Positions 12,727 through 25,694 are shown, counted from the stretch's first letter. The stretch: 64,000 bases of DNA from Vermamoeba vermiformis (GCA_045837725.1 JBEWZL010000203.1:1-64000), one strand, 5' to 3'. The notes: generated by a model from the letters alone, not told the origin. Program-made: numbers and translations.

Positions 12727-13027
12727 TTTTAATATTATTAGAACGGGAAAAATAACTAGATTACCGGATGCGACTGACCAAAATTCAAAGATCGAAATCC
12801 AAAACCTGATGAAATAACCCCCGAATAGATGCTTGAGGTGGGGCAAGCAACATTCGTTAAAACCATGATTAGTGGGACGAGTGGAAAGTAGGGGCGTCAG
12901 GATGGAGAAAATGAGATCGATGAACAAAGTTAGAAGTAGCCGAGAAATAGGGATTGGACCCGATATATACATATTTTAAACCTGTAAATATTGTATTTGA
13001 AACGAATCTTAATAAAGTCCTGCGTGG

Positions 13028-13067
13028 GACTAGTCATATCGCTAGAAATAAAATAGCGAGACTAGTT
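13028..13067 (+). other. 3'-terminal stem-loop of the LINE
   Basis: ACTAGTC(ATA bulge)TCGCTA, 9-nt loop, TAGCGA-GACTAGT: 13 Watson-Crick pairs about 30 nt before the tail. Confidence 0.6.
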
Positions 13068-13099
13068 AGCAGTGTGAGGAATTTCAAAACAAAACAATC

Positions 13100-13116
13100 A
13101 ATTAATTTCAATACTG
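13100..13116 (+). repeat. Right target-site duplication (AATTAATTTCAATACTG)
   Basis: Identical to 6433-6449. Confidence 0.9.
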
Positions 13117-13641
13117 CCAACGTAAACACGAGCATGAAGGAACTAAAATAGTATATGCACCAATATTATTGTTGGTGTTAAAGTTGAAGACGGGGATGAA
13201 GCTTGTTATTGTTTCAAAGCTAATTACACTCACAATTAACAAATAACGAGACTAGTGGTTGAATATAATTACAATCGTGATTAAAGAGCAAGTCCCTATC
13301 GTTGCACGACATCCTCGGCCGAAATATTTTTCTGAAGGTCTGCGTAAGCCATTTTATTAATCCGCTTTGGCTCCCATACGAGCATATTTATTCGCTTATT
13401 TTCCTAATTTTATTACGTCATCTGAAACTCTTTGGAAAAACTTTAATCTGACGTTAGAAAGCTCACAAGATACTGCATTTCGTTTGTTATTCTTTTTGAT
13501 GTTTTTTGCAGACAGTGGCACGTGCACGTGTCAAAAATGTCTATTGACGGAAGCTCTTGGCGGCGAAATTAGACCAATTTGCGATCGCGCGGTCGCGTGA
13601 TTACAAAATATTACTTAGCGCGTTTTATTATCTTTTTAAAC

Positions 13642-15144
13642 ATGTTGCCCACGTTGGAAGACACTACAATGAACCGACAAATACATTCAGCACGGCCACA
13701 TCACACTCATACGAAGCACCATACTGATCTCAGATCGACAGTTAGTCTTAGCGAGGCCATCATCTGCGGCGGAGCTTCTGGTTTCTTATCTGAAGGCTTA
13801 TTACACCCTATTGACGTCATTAAGACTCGTTTACAAAGCGTTTCGGTACGTGCCAAGCAACCTTTTAGATCCGCGAATTGATTTTATTAAATTTTATAGC
13901 TTAAGATTGAAAATCGAACGTAAATTAAATAGTACAAATTATTTTCAGCAACAATATGCTTCCTATTCTTACTTGTAGAATATTTTGAACTTTTTCTCAT
14001 TTATTCTCGATCACAGAGCGAGAAATTTAATTCAATCAATGACGTTATAAGAAAGACATTATATAAAGACGGACCTCGAGGATTTTTCAAAGGATTTTCA
14101 GTCGTTCTCACAACTGGCCTGCCTATAACTTCATTGTACTTTTTGAGCTACGAACTCTCAGTGCGGATGTACGACAAACTTTTGCCACATTCAAACACAC
14201 TAGCAAAGGTAATTAATGACGATAATACATGCAAGTGCCACCTATTAATATATTCTGCAGCAATTTTTATCAGGAATGACCGCACAAGTCTTCGCCGGGT
14301 TGATGTTTACCCCACGTGTAAGTGCTCGTGGATGTGACAATTTGATTCGGAGAAACAAGGAGCTGATACATTCGTCAATAGGACATTGTAAAAGAACGTT
14401 TGCAAATTCAAGTTGGTGATCGGAAGCTCTACAATGGTCCTATAGATGCCATCAAGAAGATTGTGGCACGCGATGGAATCAAGGGGCTTTACAAAGTACG
14501 CTTTGCGTCTATTTTACTATTCTCTTGTACTAATCACTATGACTCAGGGCTACTGGGAGTCACTGGCACTCTGGGGTCCGTACGGTGGCATCTACCTTGC
14601 CTTATACGGTAACATTGGACCCGTGTCAATGTCATACTTTTTCTCGCTAACAATATGACACTTAGACTGGCTCAAGACTACGAGGAGAAATCAAAAGCGC
14701 GCTGAATTATCGACTGCGGATCTGCTGCGTAAGTTCATTTCGTTTTGCGTATAAATTAATGTAGGAACTAACCGATATGAATGACCAGTTGCGAGTGGCA
14801 CTGCAGCATCAATCGCAGCGTTTGTTACATGTCCTATAGATAACGTTAAGCTGAATCTTCAAGTAAGTTCGTTTTTCGTGCATCCAGATTTAGTTAACAT
14901 TTATTCTCAAAGACCTCGACGAATTCGGAATTGAATTCTGGATGGAAATTGGCCAAGTATCAGTACAAGCACGAAGGCTTCAAGTTTTTCTTCCGCGGTG
15001 TTTCAGCACGGCTGTTGTGGGTAGCGCCGCGAACAATGTTACTCTTTTTAACGTGTAAGTGGATTATTTCTTGCTCATATCGCAATATTAATGTTATTTT
15101 CTACAGACGAACAATTGAAAGCGTTATTCGCAGCTCGCAAATAA
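13642..15144 (+). CDS. Mitochondrial carrier family (SLC25) protein, multi-exon
   Basis: Three carrier repeats: HPIDVIKTRLQ, TP.DIVKERLQ (across an intron), CPIDNVKLNLQ; also DGPRGFFKG, DGIKGLYK, EGFKFFFRG. Confidence 0.9.
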
Positions 15145-15245
15145 GACAGCAATGTAAAATAAGTTTGTAAATAATTTTTTGGCCAGTCGAAAATCTTGTT
15201 TAGCTTTTATTCTTACTCTGTACAACAATACTATACGTATATATC

Positions 15246-16032
15246 ATGGCTAAAGGTCCGTTGCCTAGCTTTGTATTTGTTTGCTTGTTGATCTCGATCC
15301 CCGTCGTTCTGTACGAGTCCATCTACGTGCTCCTTCGCCCGAGAAGTATCGAGCAGAGTGACTTAGGATGGGCATTCACTATGTGTATGTATTAGTAAAC
15401 AAATGCAACGAGAAAAGCAAGCGAGTTTGGAGCGGATTAGCTATTATTACGTTCGTATTAATTAATAATTATTTGTATAGACAACACTGTATATTGCCAA
15501 GTTGATAAGAGATTTTGTGACCTTGAAGACGGCTATATGAAGGCCGTAGAAATGTAAGATAATTTTTTGGATATTTTTTCTATTTTGATCAAAAACAATT
15601 ATCTCGTGTATTATCACATCATATAGATGTATACTAATAGGATATATTCAGCGTTAATTTAGCCGAAATTTTTGTTGGCTTTGTAGCTGTTATTCTGGTA
15701 AGATCAGATCTCTCGTCCTGAAGGCAGCCAACGTATTAATATTTATTATATAGCACTTGGCTGGCTACCAACAAGCCATATTATGGGCGTTCTCTCATTG
15801 GGTGAGCTCTCTTTGCAAAACAACGTTGCACATTGGTATCGAGGTTATGGCCAACTTCCCTTACACTGGCCACCATATTAAGTCCGGCGATATGAGCACA
15901 TTTTACTTGATGTACCTTATGCCTAATATGTTATGGTGGTTCGCTGCTTTGATTTCTGTCTGGCTGCTCGGATCCTTGATCGGCAAGGCTTTGTCTCGTC
16001 CCGTTGTCGTTGTTAACAAGAAGAAAAAGTAA
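15246..16032 (+). CDS. EXPERA/EBP-like 4-TM membrane protein
   Basis: Four exons; YVLLRPRS, VDKRF, KTTLH, YLMPNMLWW motifs; C-terminal KKKK consistent with ER retrieval. Confidence 0.6.
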
Positions 16033-16268
16033 GCGTTGCTATAAATGATTTATTTACAATGATAATGGCCTGCTTTGTCTGATCCGCTCCGAATTGGATC
16101 TGGGAGGCAATTTTACAACGGACCAAGCTCCGTTCCGCTCCGATTATCTAGGCAATAAGTATGACATTCTATACGCAGCAAGACACTTGGCAATATCAGT
16201 TAGACGAATATCACCAAAGTACGTATTTAATTAACAAACGAGCTGCCGTTTTCTTACCTCGATCTAGG

Positions 16269-17138
16269 ATGACTTCAGAAGCACCAATAATATTATTTGG
16301 CTTCGCTAAAATTAAGGACCATCCAAGCCCATCAGGATTTTGCCAAAAGCTCGAGACATTTCTTCGCTACACATCCGTTAAGTACGTGCTTAAAAATTCG
16401 TTGCCGTCCAGAGCTCCGAAAGGAAAATTGCCGTATATTTATGACGATAAGAAAATAGTTGCAGACTCTCATTTCATCATCGAGTATCTTGTTCAGAAAG
16501 GAACGGTACCAGATTTAGATGCGAAACTGACCGCGAACCAAAAATCTGACAGTAGAGCCTTTCAAGCTTATATGGAAGAGTTAATCTATCCTTGCGTCTT
16601 AAAAGAACGTTGGCTCGAAGAGAAGAACTACCAGAAGATGCGCCAAGAGAATTTTAGTCGGGTCTTTTGGCCGTTGAACTGGATCATGTCGTCGTGGTAC
16701 GAAGTTGCCTAAAATTTAGATTAAAATACTAATAATACTAGGTATCGATATGGCATACGGTCTGCACTTTGGAGCCAAGGAATAAGCCGTTATTCGGACT
16801 CCGAAATTGACTCGATTGTGGCCAGGTTCTGGATCGATCTTGAAAACAAGTATTCGCACGGCCAAACATTTTTCCATCAAACTGCAGAACCCACGTTAAT
16901 AGATATTATCGTCTATGGATTTATTGCGAATTTTCTGAGCACAAAAACAAATCCTTTCACAACGAAGCAAATTTTATCTCAGCCCAACCTCGTCAAGTTC
17001 GCCAAATTAATGACCCAAAAATTATTCCCTGAATATCATAGAATATTAGCCATATTAGAAGGTGCTACTAATATATCAGTTGGAGATCAACCGAAATATG
17101 GAACCAAAGAAATTTTAGGAATGTTTGGAAAGATGTAG
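16269..17138 (+). CDS. GST-fold protein, failed-axon-connections/metaxin-like family
   Basis: SPSGFCQKLETFLR, APKGKLPYI, ADSHFIIEYL, PTLIDIIVYG; one short intron near 16697-16741. Confidence 0.85.
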
Positions 17139-17890
17139 ATCAGCATAAATACTCGATATTGATGTGTTTACCGGTGTTTTTTAAACATATAAAGCAGCGT
17201 ATAATTCTTTGTTACGCGTAACAATTATGTATACGTAAATGTCAAAATGTCATAATCAAGATGTCCAGCGAAAACTCGCGGCAATTAATCTTGTAAAGAT
17301 TCGATGCGCTATTAAATCCAAGGGTTGCAACAAAGCGTTGTATTTATCATGAGTACCTTCGATACTATGGTGTTGGATCTTTAACTCCAATTCAGTTCGC
17401 TTTCAAAAAAATCTTGGTACATCCATCGCTGAACCCTTTCATGACTGGGAATGAGCTCGAAAACTGTTACAAATCAAAAAATTAGTATTTTTATACACGC
17501 AACGATCATTATTCTGGTATTTGCGTGGGTTTTACGTTCGGTACACATGTAAACCTGGATCTCGCTTGGATATTTGTTCACGTGTTACTGTTTATAACTT
17601 GTTGGTACCGCGAATCACGGTGTACCCGTAAAGTATAAAAAGATTGTTTATTGAAATGCGTGCATTATATTTTATTCTCTGCAGTTGAAGAGTAAAACAC
17701 GAGCAATACTCGATCAACTTCAAATTCATCATTATACTCTAGAGAGCTTGTAAGTATACCCGCAAATTGAAAGATGATTTTAATTGATATTAATTAATAT
17801 TATTCACCTAAAATGAAGCAAAATACTAACCTGAATATCTTTTCGATTTAGATCCGGTTCAAAGTTGCAAACTAGAATAAACAACAAACT

Positions 17891-18335
17891 ATGGGTTTCT
17901 TCGGCGGTCACCACTACTTCAGAACAAGTGTCTCTATTATCGTATTTAGCTGCGTCTGTGCTGCCCTTGGAGTCCTCAATATTGTTTGGAACTCGAACAT
18001 TGTCGTCGGAAACGGTTACGCAGGCGGATCCATCGATTATCCTCTTGGATTTGCTACAGGAATCAGTTCAAGTACTAGTATGTGGTATTCTAGGCATTTG
18101 GGGTGGTGCTAAGCGACGCTACATCCCACTCGTTTTGTTCGTCATCGGCATCTCGATCACGATGGCTCTCAACGTGCTTTCTTGCGCCTTCTTCTTCTCG
18201 CAATATCAAATTTCATACGACGTGCTTCGCTTTGTATGGTTCATTTGCTCTATTGGTATTTCTGGAGGAATTTTGTTCCCGCTCGGCATCTACTTGACCA
18301 ACCACTCTCACGGCAAGTGCTGCGTATGCTGTTAA
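17891..18335 (+). pseudogene. Small 4-TM protein with an apparent 1-nt frameshift (pseudogene or sequencing error)
   Basis: Removing one A at about 18065 joins MGFFGG...GFATGI to VQVLVCGILGIWGG...KCCVCC, giving four hydrophobic segments. Confidence 0.5.
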
Positions 18336-18776
18336 TATCGAAAAAATAATAATTGCATAATCATATTGATTATAATCAAACCTTATTTATTTAACCTTGT
18401 AATTAGTAATTAAAAACAACAAAAATTTCAAATTAACTGACCGTTATTCCAATATAATCCTGCAGTAATATTGCACGAGTAATATAACAATTTTTGGATT
18501 GAAATTCAAGTTGCAGGCAATTCTTAATAATTACTAATCAAGCTTCAAAGATATCTAACAATTAAAGTGTCTAACATGTTCAACGTACTGCATGATATCC
18601 CATGCTAGCGTGTGGATGATAATGATCAATTTGATCGTGGTCCTTCTTGAATTTTTACGCATTAAAAACAATTCCGCAGAAAATCTTGGTTCGTTTGTAA
18701 CCGAAAGATTTTTTATTTGATTATTTTAGTAACACGTTGCTTATATAACAAGGTTAAAATCAATCTTCAGCTCACG

Positions 18777-20347
18777 ATGGAAGAACTAGCTTTGAGTGGC
18801 TTAGATCACTTTATGTTGCCTGTTTACACGCGAATGCTATTTTTTTATGAAAAGACTCTTAATGTAGAGGTAATATTTATTTTAAACGACATTTTCTGAT
18901 CGATTATAAATTTTTAAGCGCGATCCGAAATATTTTTGCAATGCGACGAACTCAAATGCAATTTTATATTGTTGGCCCGATTAAATTACAAATACATATA
19001 AATAACTGTTTATTATTCGCAATATTCATTACTTAAGATTAAAAATCAAAGTGACATCCAAGCTTCATCGAATAGCTACTAACGAATTATAAGGCACTTG
19101 AAAGAGCTCTTGTTACAGTAATGCAACGCGATTACAAACCTTGGTTGGGTGTGGTGGCTCATGTGGATGAGACCAAGCCAGTCTTACGCTACGATCCAAA
19201 TGCAACTCCCTCGATCACCAAAGTGACTCTTGATTGTTCTTTTGCCGACGTGAAGGGCCATGATGGAAGTTACCGATTTATTTCTGATGATTTAGTGGTC
19301 CCCAAAGAACTTTTTGTCACCGCGCCTGAGGCCCAGATCTTGCATACCGTCTTGTTCACCTTTGCCAAGAGCGACGGCTGCGTGTTGGCAGTAAGTCTGC
19401 ACCACCGAGCAGGAGATGGATCAGCACAGTTCACATTTGTGAAGGCTTGGGGCGACGAAGTGCGGGGCCTCAAACACGCTCGTGCTACAATTGTCCATGA
19501 GCGAAGTTGCATACCAAAGATACTTGATCAGCCCATTGAAACACCTCCTTCATATCGCCATATTGTCAATCGACCGCCATTGCCGGCTTCTTATGGTCCC
19601 GCCAATTCACTGCTGGTTAGATTCCCTACACAAGCCTTGCGTGAGCTTAAAAGTCATCTCTCCGCAACCATTACTGCCCCTCAATATGTCAGCACAAACG
19701 ACGTGCTCCTTGCTTTGATATTCCGAGCTGTTGTTAGAGCCAAAGGACTTCCTACGGATGCTCCCATATTCACTAAGGTACGCGTACTATTTTGCTTCCA
19801 TCATCAGATCCGATTTTAAGTTTTGTTTTTGCAGTTCAATGCCGATGGTAGATTTCGCAATGCTGGCATCCCATTGACATATACAGGCAATGCAGTATTC
19901 TTCATGATGATTGAACCGAAGAATGTTGGCGAGGTTCTCAACTCCTCTTTAGCCGAAGTTGCGTTATGGTACAGATCAGCAATCAATTCACTTAACAACA
20001 CGTCTATGGCCAATATTGTTAGTTTCTTGGACCAGTTTTCAATGCCGTACTTGCAAGAATCATTCTTTTACATGCCTCCGTACCTGCATATCTCGAACTG
20101 GGACACGCTTGGTGACTTGACCGAATACGATTTTGGAACTGGCCCTGCAGCAGCAATTCGCTTGCCTCCTCCCGGCCTCGATTCAATATTTTACATTCTG
20201 CCGTCTATTGGCGCAGTAGAGTGCGTTGTTGGACTGGCACCTGACGTACTCGCGAAATTCAGGGAAGATAAGGAGTTGTTACAAGCTGGCGCCGAGATGC
20301 TTGGCGAGTTTTCTGCACTCAATGCGGACTCGAACAAATACGAATAA
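18777..20347 (+). CDS. BAHD-type CoA-dependent acyltransferase (transferase family)
   Basis: N-terminal LSGLD, catalytic HxxxDG (HHRAGDG), STND, YTGNA, DFGTG (DFGWG variant); three exons. Confidence 0.85.
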
Positions 20348-21132
20348 AAGCCATCGCATTGCGATAATACTCGAGTCTGTTAAGGGCCAGTTTTCTTCGT
20401 TTTAACAGTCCATTGACAACAACTAATGTTACCAAACGTAAATAACCAACACGGTGCTTCAAATTAGTAAGTAGCGCTTCTATGTCGATATCGCTTGTTC
20501 ATATACTGAGCAAGCTAAGACGATCTTAGCACGAGCTCAAAAATTTATGTTAATCACTAAATATCACAATTAATTGATTATAAAATTAGCTACCTATTAG
20601 GGGTATTTATTAGACGTTAAAAATAAATTATTAGCCTTAGGGCTAATTTTAATTAAAAATTTTCTAATTGATTTTGATCGATCAAAAAATCTTCTTGTAA
20701 ATTATCCAATAAGGATTACGATGTACGATGTTTATTATTAAATATTCCTAACCAACTAGATGTTCAGGGACAACAAGCAGATCTTAACGTAATCACGCTT
20801 CAGAATTGTTCGTAGTTGCTTTAACTAGCGTTTAAGAAATCTATTCTTAAACGAGCAGTCGAAAGATTATTCCACCGGTTCAAAAATAGAGCTTCTTAAT
20901 CGCAAATTATTGCAGCCAACGGACGGCTCTGGATGCAGGTACTTTTATCTCACACTATTATGATGTTCGTGATGCTAATACTGAACAATAGGTGCGATAT
21001 GGATTCGGCATCCGTTCCATAGCGAGGAGATTTCATAAGCTAATTTTAGCGCGTGTCATGTACGTCTAATTAATTTATTCGCCCCAATTCTCTTTCGATA
21101 ATTTTTAAAATTCAACGCGAAAGAACGCACGC

Positions 21133-23699
21133 ATGAAGCTCTTATTGATTATATTTATTTGCATAGGCGTTCAATTTGCATATGCTAGCCAAGTCACCTT
21201 TGGCATCAGCATCTCTACGCAAGCTCCATCCGAGTTTTTGAACTCTAACGGACGCAGTGTGCTTGCTGGTCTTCAATTGTTCGTGCACTCAGCTAATCAA
21301 TGGAACATCACTATCAATAAGAACGATAGCCTATCATTTGCTATCAAGTACATGGAAGACTATGGCAACGCCACGATCGTCAAACAAAACTATCAAGCGT
21401 TTGTCAGTGACCCCGAAATCAGCTACTTGATCGGTCCTGTGTCATCACCCCTCAGTTCTGCAGCTAAAAGCATCACTGAGCCTGCTGGACGGTTGCTTCT
21501 TGGAACCAAAGTCGGATCTGCTAGTTTCTACACCAACGCTGAATATAGCTTCTCTGTGACTAGTTCGCCACCACGATACGCTACAACAACGTTTCCAGAG
21601 TTCCGCATCAATAATATTCGCAGGATTGTGCTAGTAATAGAACAAACGCCATTTCAAATTGATATCGGCAAAGGATTCGTATCGAATGCGCAAGATTTCA
21701 GTATAACAGTGTTAAGCCAATACAACGTTATTACCGACACGCTGAATGGCGTAGACGAGCATTTTTTGGACAACATAACCGCGACTGTCGAGTTAATCCG
21801 CTCATCGGAATCTGACTTTGCGGCCGATGGTGGAATTGATGCCGTAGTGATTGCGTCGTTCACTAACGTCGGAAGATATTTCTTGGAAGCAGCCAGGAAG
21901 ATAAACTACATGCCCAAAGCGATCTACGTCAGTTCTTTCTACTTGCCGGATTTTCAGAAACTTGATCCAAGTTTGACAGCTTTTGTGTGCGGATGTGACG
22001 TGATGGCGCCTGGAATAGAGTTCAGAGGCGACTACTTTGGCACTTATGAAGACTTTCAGAACGCGTTTAATAGCTTCAGACCGGATTTGGCTCCAGCGGA
22101 TGCCAACCATGCTATTGGCGCCGTTAGTGGCTTATTACTTATGCGGTCTATAATGTCCGCTGATTCATTGGACACGAGTGAAGTCACTAGAGCCCTTAGC
22201 AGAATCAACGAAGAAACTTTTTTTGGTCCTTATCAATTCGGATCGGATCATTCTCAACTCAGATTTATTCCAATTCTGCAATTTGCGCCGGAAACCGAAG
22301 ATTTTAGAAGAGCTGTTATTTCAAATTCTTCGCAATTCGCGAATAATATCAACGTCGTTGGTCCCAGCAGAGTCAAGTTACAAAATCTGATCTATCCAGT
22401 GCCAACGTGGGACGAGCGAATATTTGACCCTAAATACGTTACAGCCGAATACGCGATCATGGGAATCACCGCAGGTATAATAATTATTCCGAGAGACTAA
22501 AATTAGAGTTACTTAAATTTCTAAAATTGCGAAATCGACGTATCTGCCAAAAGAAATGAAATGTCTGCAATGCTTACTTTATTACTTAATCGATATATAT
22601 TATAGTGGCACAGCTGTTATCAGTAGTCTGTCTGATGCTCACGGTCAAATACCGCAAAAATCGGGTCGTAAAAGCTTCGTCCCCGCTGTTCCTGATCTAC
22701 ATCTTAGCCGGCACGCTATTGTCTTACAGCACTAACTACACATGGACTGCAACACAGTTCAACATTGCCAACTGTGCTTTGACACCAATAGTCCTCGGCT
22801 TGGGCTTCGTTATCACATTCGGCGCACTCTTTGCAAAATCGTGGCGCATTGTCACGTTGTTCAGACAAGCTGAAAAACTCACTGTAGTCACGATCAGCAA
22901 CAAGAAATTGACCGTGATCCTTGCGGTGCTGGTCGGAGTTCAAGTCATCTTTTCAGTGCTCTTGGCCGTGTTTTCAGATCTCGCGGTGGTCGTGACGGAT
23001 CCGTACCGACCAGTCTTATGGGAACAACGCTGCTTCCTTAATAATGGATTCAACATCTTGCTGTACATCAACATTGCATTCGCGGGTCTGATCATCTTGA
23101 CCGGCCTGGTCCTCGCAGTGATGATGCGCAAGATCAAGAATCAGCTCTTCAATGAAGCGAGGCACTTGGCGTTTATCATCTACGCGATAGCTGTGTTTGT
23201 TGCCGTAGTTACTGCGCTCAGTTTTGACGTCTTAACAGGTTCGTACAAACAGATCGGGATCCACATCCATCGTTATTTTCAATCGATATGATCATGTATC
23301 TAATCAATTGTATTAATAGGGTTGAATCAATATATATTCAGAAGTGTGGCTATTCTCGTAATCAATTTAACGACGGTGATCACTCTGTTCGGAACGAAAC
23401 TGAACTACATCCGCACCGGAAAGTTGCCAACCAACGAAGAACCAACAGCACTGCATCGTTATGTACCTTCTCCGCGTGATCGAGAAGATGCAGATCTGCG
23501 CACAACTGTGCAAAAATTGAATGCACGCATTGCCGAACTGACAGCGCTGTTAGACACGACCAAAAAGGACTACGAATCACTTAAAAACAGCGTTGTGGCT
23601 GATAATAACGCGCGACAAAGCCAAGTGACGTTATTGCAGGGCAAAGAAGACGACAGTTCTGAACACAATTCATCTTCTTCGTCTAGCTCCGAGTCCTAA
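21133..23699 (+). CDS. Class C (GABA-B/Grl-like) GPCR
   Basis: Signal peptide; type-1 periplasmic-binding (Venus flytrap-like) ectodomain; 7TM region with VVKASSPLF, FGALFAKSWRI, LFNEAR; coiled-coil and Ser-rich tail; two introns. Confidence 0.88.
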
Positions 23700-23999
23700 T
23701 CTCAAATCTTATAATTAGGTTGTAATATTAAAAAATAAAATCAATATTGATCGACAATAAACGAGCACCCGCTTGCCGAAAATATTTCGGATTATTTTAA
23801 ACATCCATTTTATTTCAAGATGAAGAACACACAGCAAGCCAACATTATATTTGCGTTATTGCAATAACTAGCAGACATACAAACAAAAATAACAGCATTA
23901 TTAATCCATGTATCACTCTGTGTCAAGGTAAGAAAGAATTAACAATTGAAATCTAGATCGACAATTTTTAAATTAATCAAATATTTATTACATTTGCTA

Positions 24000-25079
24000 T
24001 TACCATGGGTTGTACGAGCCATTTTCACGAACAATTTTAGTAGTAAAATTCTTGAGGATTTTAATTTTGATGCCCAAAAGTTCAACGGTTGCTTTGTGAT
24101 AGATCTCGGGCTTGAATAATCCGGTGTAATAATACACGTTGTCGAAATCAGCGTATAATTCGTAATTAGTGTTGCTGCTCAACATGAATTTATCGTTTGC
24201 ACCATCCCAGTGCTGGTTGTCAGGAATCCACCAATCGTTCGAAGCCAGATTTTCCAGCGAGAACGAGTTTTTGAAGGTATCGGGATAAAAATATACTACG
24301 TCAGGTCTGGCACGTGCAATCTAGATAATAAGACAATGTTTAGCGTTCAAAGCTTGGAAATTTGTTTCGATCGAGTTTTGTAAGCTCATACCCATTCGTA
24401 TTTGATCCTTGTGCGTTCCTGATACTCTCGTATGACATTATAGCACCCAGCAATACCATAGTACTGTTGCAGCCATCCTTGAAAGTTGGTTCTGTAATGG
24501 TAAAGATAACCTGATTTTGGTTCACGCAAGTCTTGTTGTTTGTAGGTCCGAAGTTCAGTGACAGCTCCATGAAATGTTCGGAAGAGACTGAATTTGATCA
24601 TCTGTTGATCACTTGAGGCACGTACATGAAGATATCGATGTTCTCTTCACCAAACAAACTGAAAAGCTCATTTCGGATTCGTTGTTCGGTCAAACTGAAG
24701 TTGCGGAGGAATCCTGAGAAGCAAATAGCAAGCTTCTTTGTTCCTATATAATATCTAGACTCTGTTCTTTGTCGTTCTCGCTCTTCAATCATTTTGCGTC
24801 GTGCAGCGAATTGATGTTGCCTCATAAAATCGATCTGGCTTCTGAAATCCATTACAGTCTTGTTCAAACGCGTAATATCTTCTTTCAATTTGTTATTATC
24901 TGATACGGGTGCCTTTGGGACTTCTGGGCAAACGCATTCTGTTGTGTTGCTAACTTCGGTGGTAGTAGGGGCTCTAACTCCGAGTTCCATCCCGAGCGCA
25001 CTTTAGCAATAGCAAATACTGATGCAGCTAATATCACAAAATATACTACAGCTATTTGGATAGGCCTGCGTGTTGTCAT
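24000..25079 (-). pseudogene. Type II membrane glycosyltransferase-like protein, copy A (three apparent frameshifts)
   Basis: N-terminal TM and stem; AICFSGFLRNF, DIFMY, YEW/IARARPDV motifs. Frame breaks near 24970, 24604 and 24568; the latter two are seen by comparison with copy B. Confidence 0.55.
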
Positions 25080-25694
25080 TTTGCTTACTGAGCGAATGAA
25101 TGCATTGCTTTCTGTTTGTCTGCCAAAAAAGCGTGAATTAATCACGTGGATTTTCCAAATTAGTATAAACTTACACAACTTTTTTGAACTCTTCTCAGTT
25201 TTGCCGTTTTTTTTGCTCGATAATTACTTTGTGGTTATTCTATCATATTCCAAAGCTAGAAGTAGTTTAATTTTTTCGTTATTGAATCGGCAACGTACTC
25301 ATTATACCAAACTAATTCCGCGTTTACAACTTTAACCAATTCGCTTTTCGATTTCCGGAAACCACCGTACAATTGTTGGCAACAATTCATAATGGATTCG
25401 AAGGAGACTGCGTTGTATTGAATCAAACGCATGATTATTTACTCCAAGAGCTCTGCCGCTGCTTAAGAGCTGATTCAATGACCATTGAATCTTCCACATT
25501 GGCATCTACCAGATATACGGGGTTTGATTTTACGGTAAAAATCACAACTCATACATCCACCCATACATCGTTCTACAAGGGTTAGCTCTGTTCGGGAAAA
25601 TTTGTGTTTGTTCTAATTCCTTTAATGTTGCAAATTTGGATTTTTTTTTGAACGAACGAAAAACGTAATAATTTTTTACTCAGGACGGCAACGA

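Larger units (their letters stand above)
6450..13099 (+). mobile_element. Full-length non-LTR retrotransposon (APE-type LINE with RNase H; L1/Proto1-like by domain order)
   Basis: Intronless, strongly A-rich plus strand, 17-bp TSD, about 60-nt 5' UTR containing TCAGT, about 370-nt 3' UTR ending CAAAACAAAACAATC, single ORF with APE, RT, RNase H and CCHC motifs. Confidence 0.93.

Noticed and set aside
12793-12890. Hammerhead ribozyme in the LINE 3' UTR (CTGATGA at 12806 with nearby GAAA)
   Set aside because: No stem II between CTGATGA and the downstream GAAA, and the upstream GAAA is only 8 nt away, too close for stems I and III.
17260-17860. Possible small gene upstream of the 4-TM ORF
   Set aside because: Some splice-like signals, but no consistent open frame or motif could be assembled.
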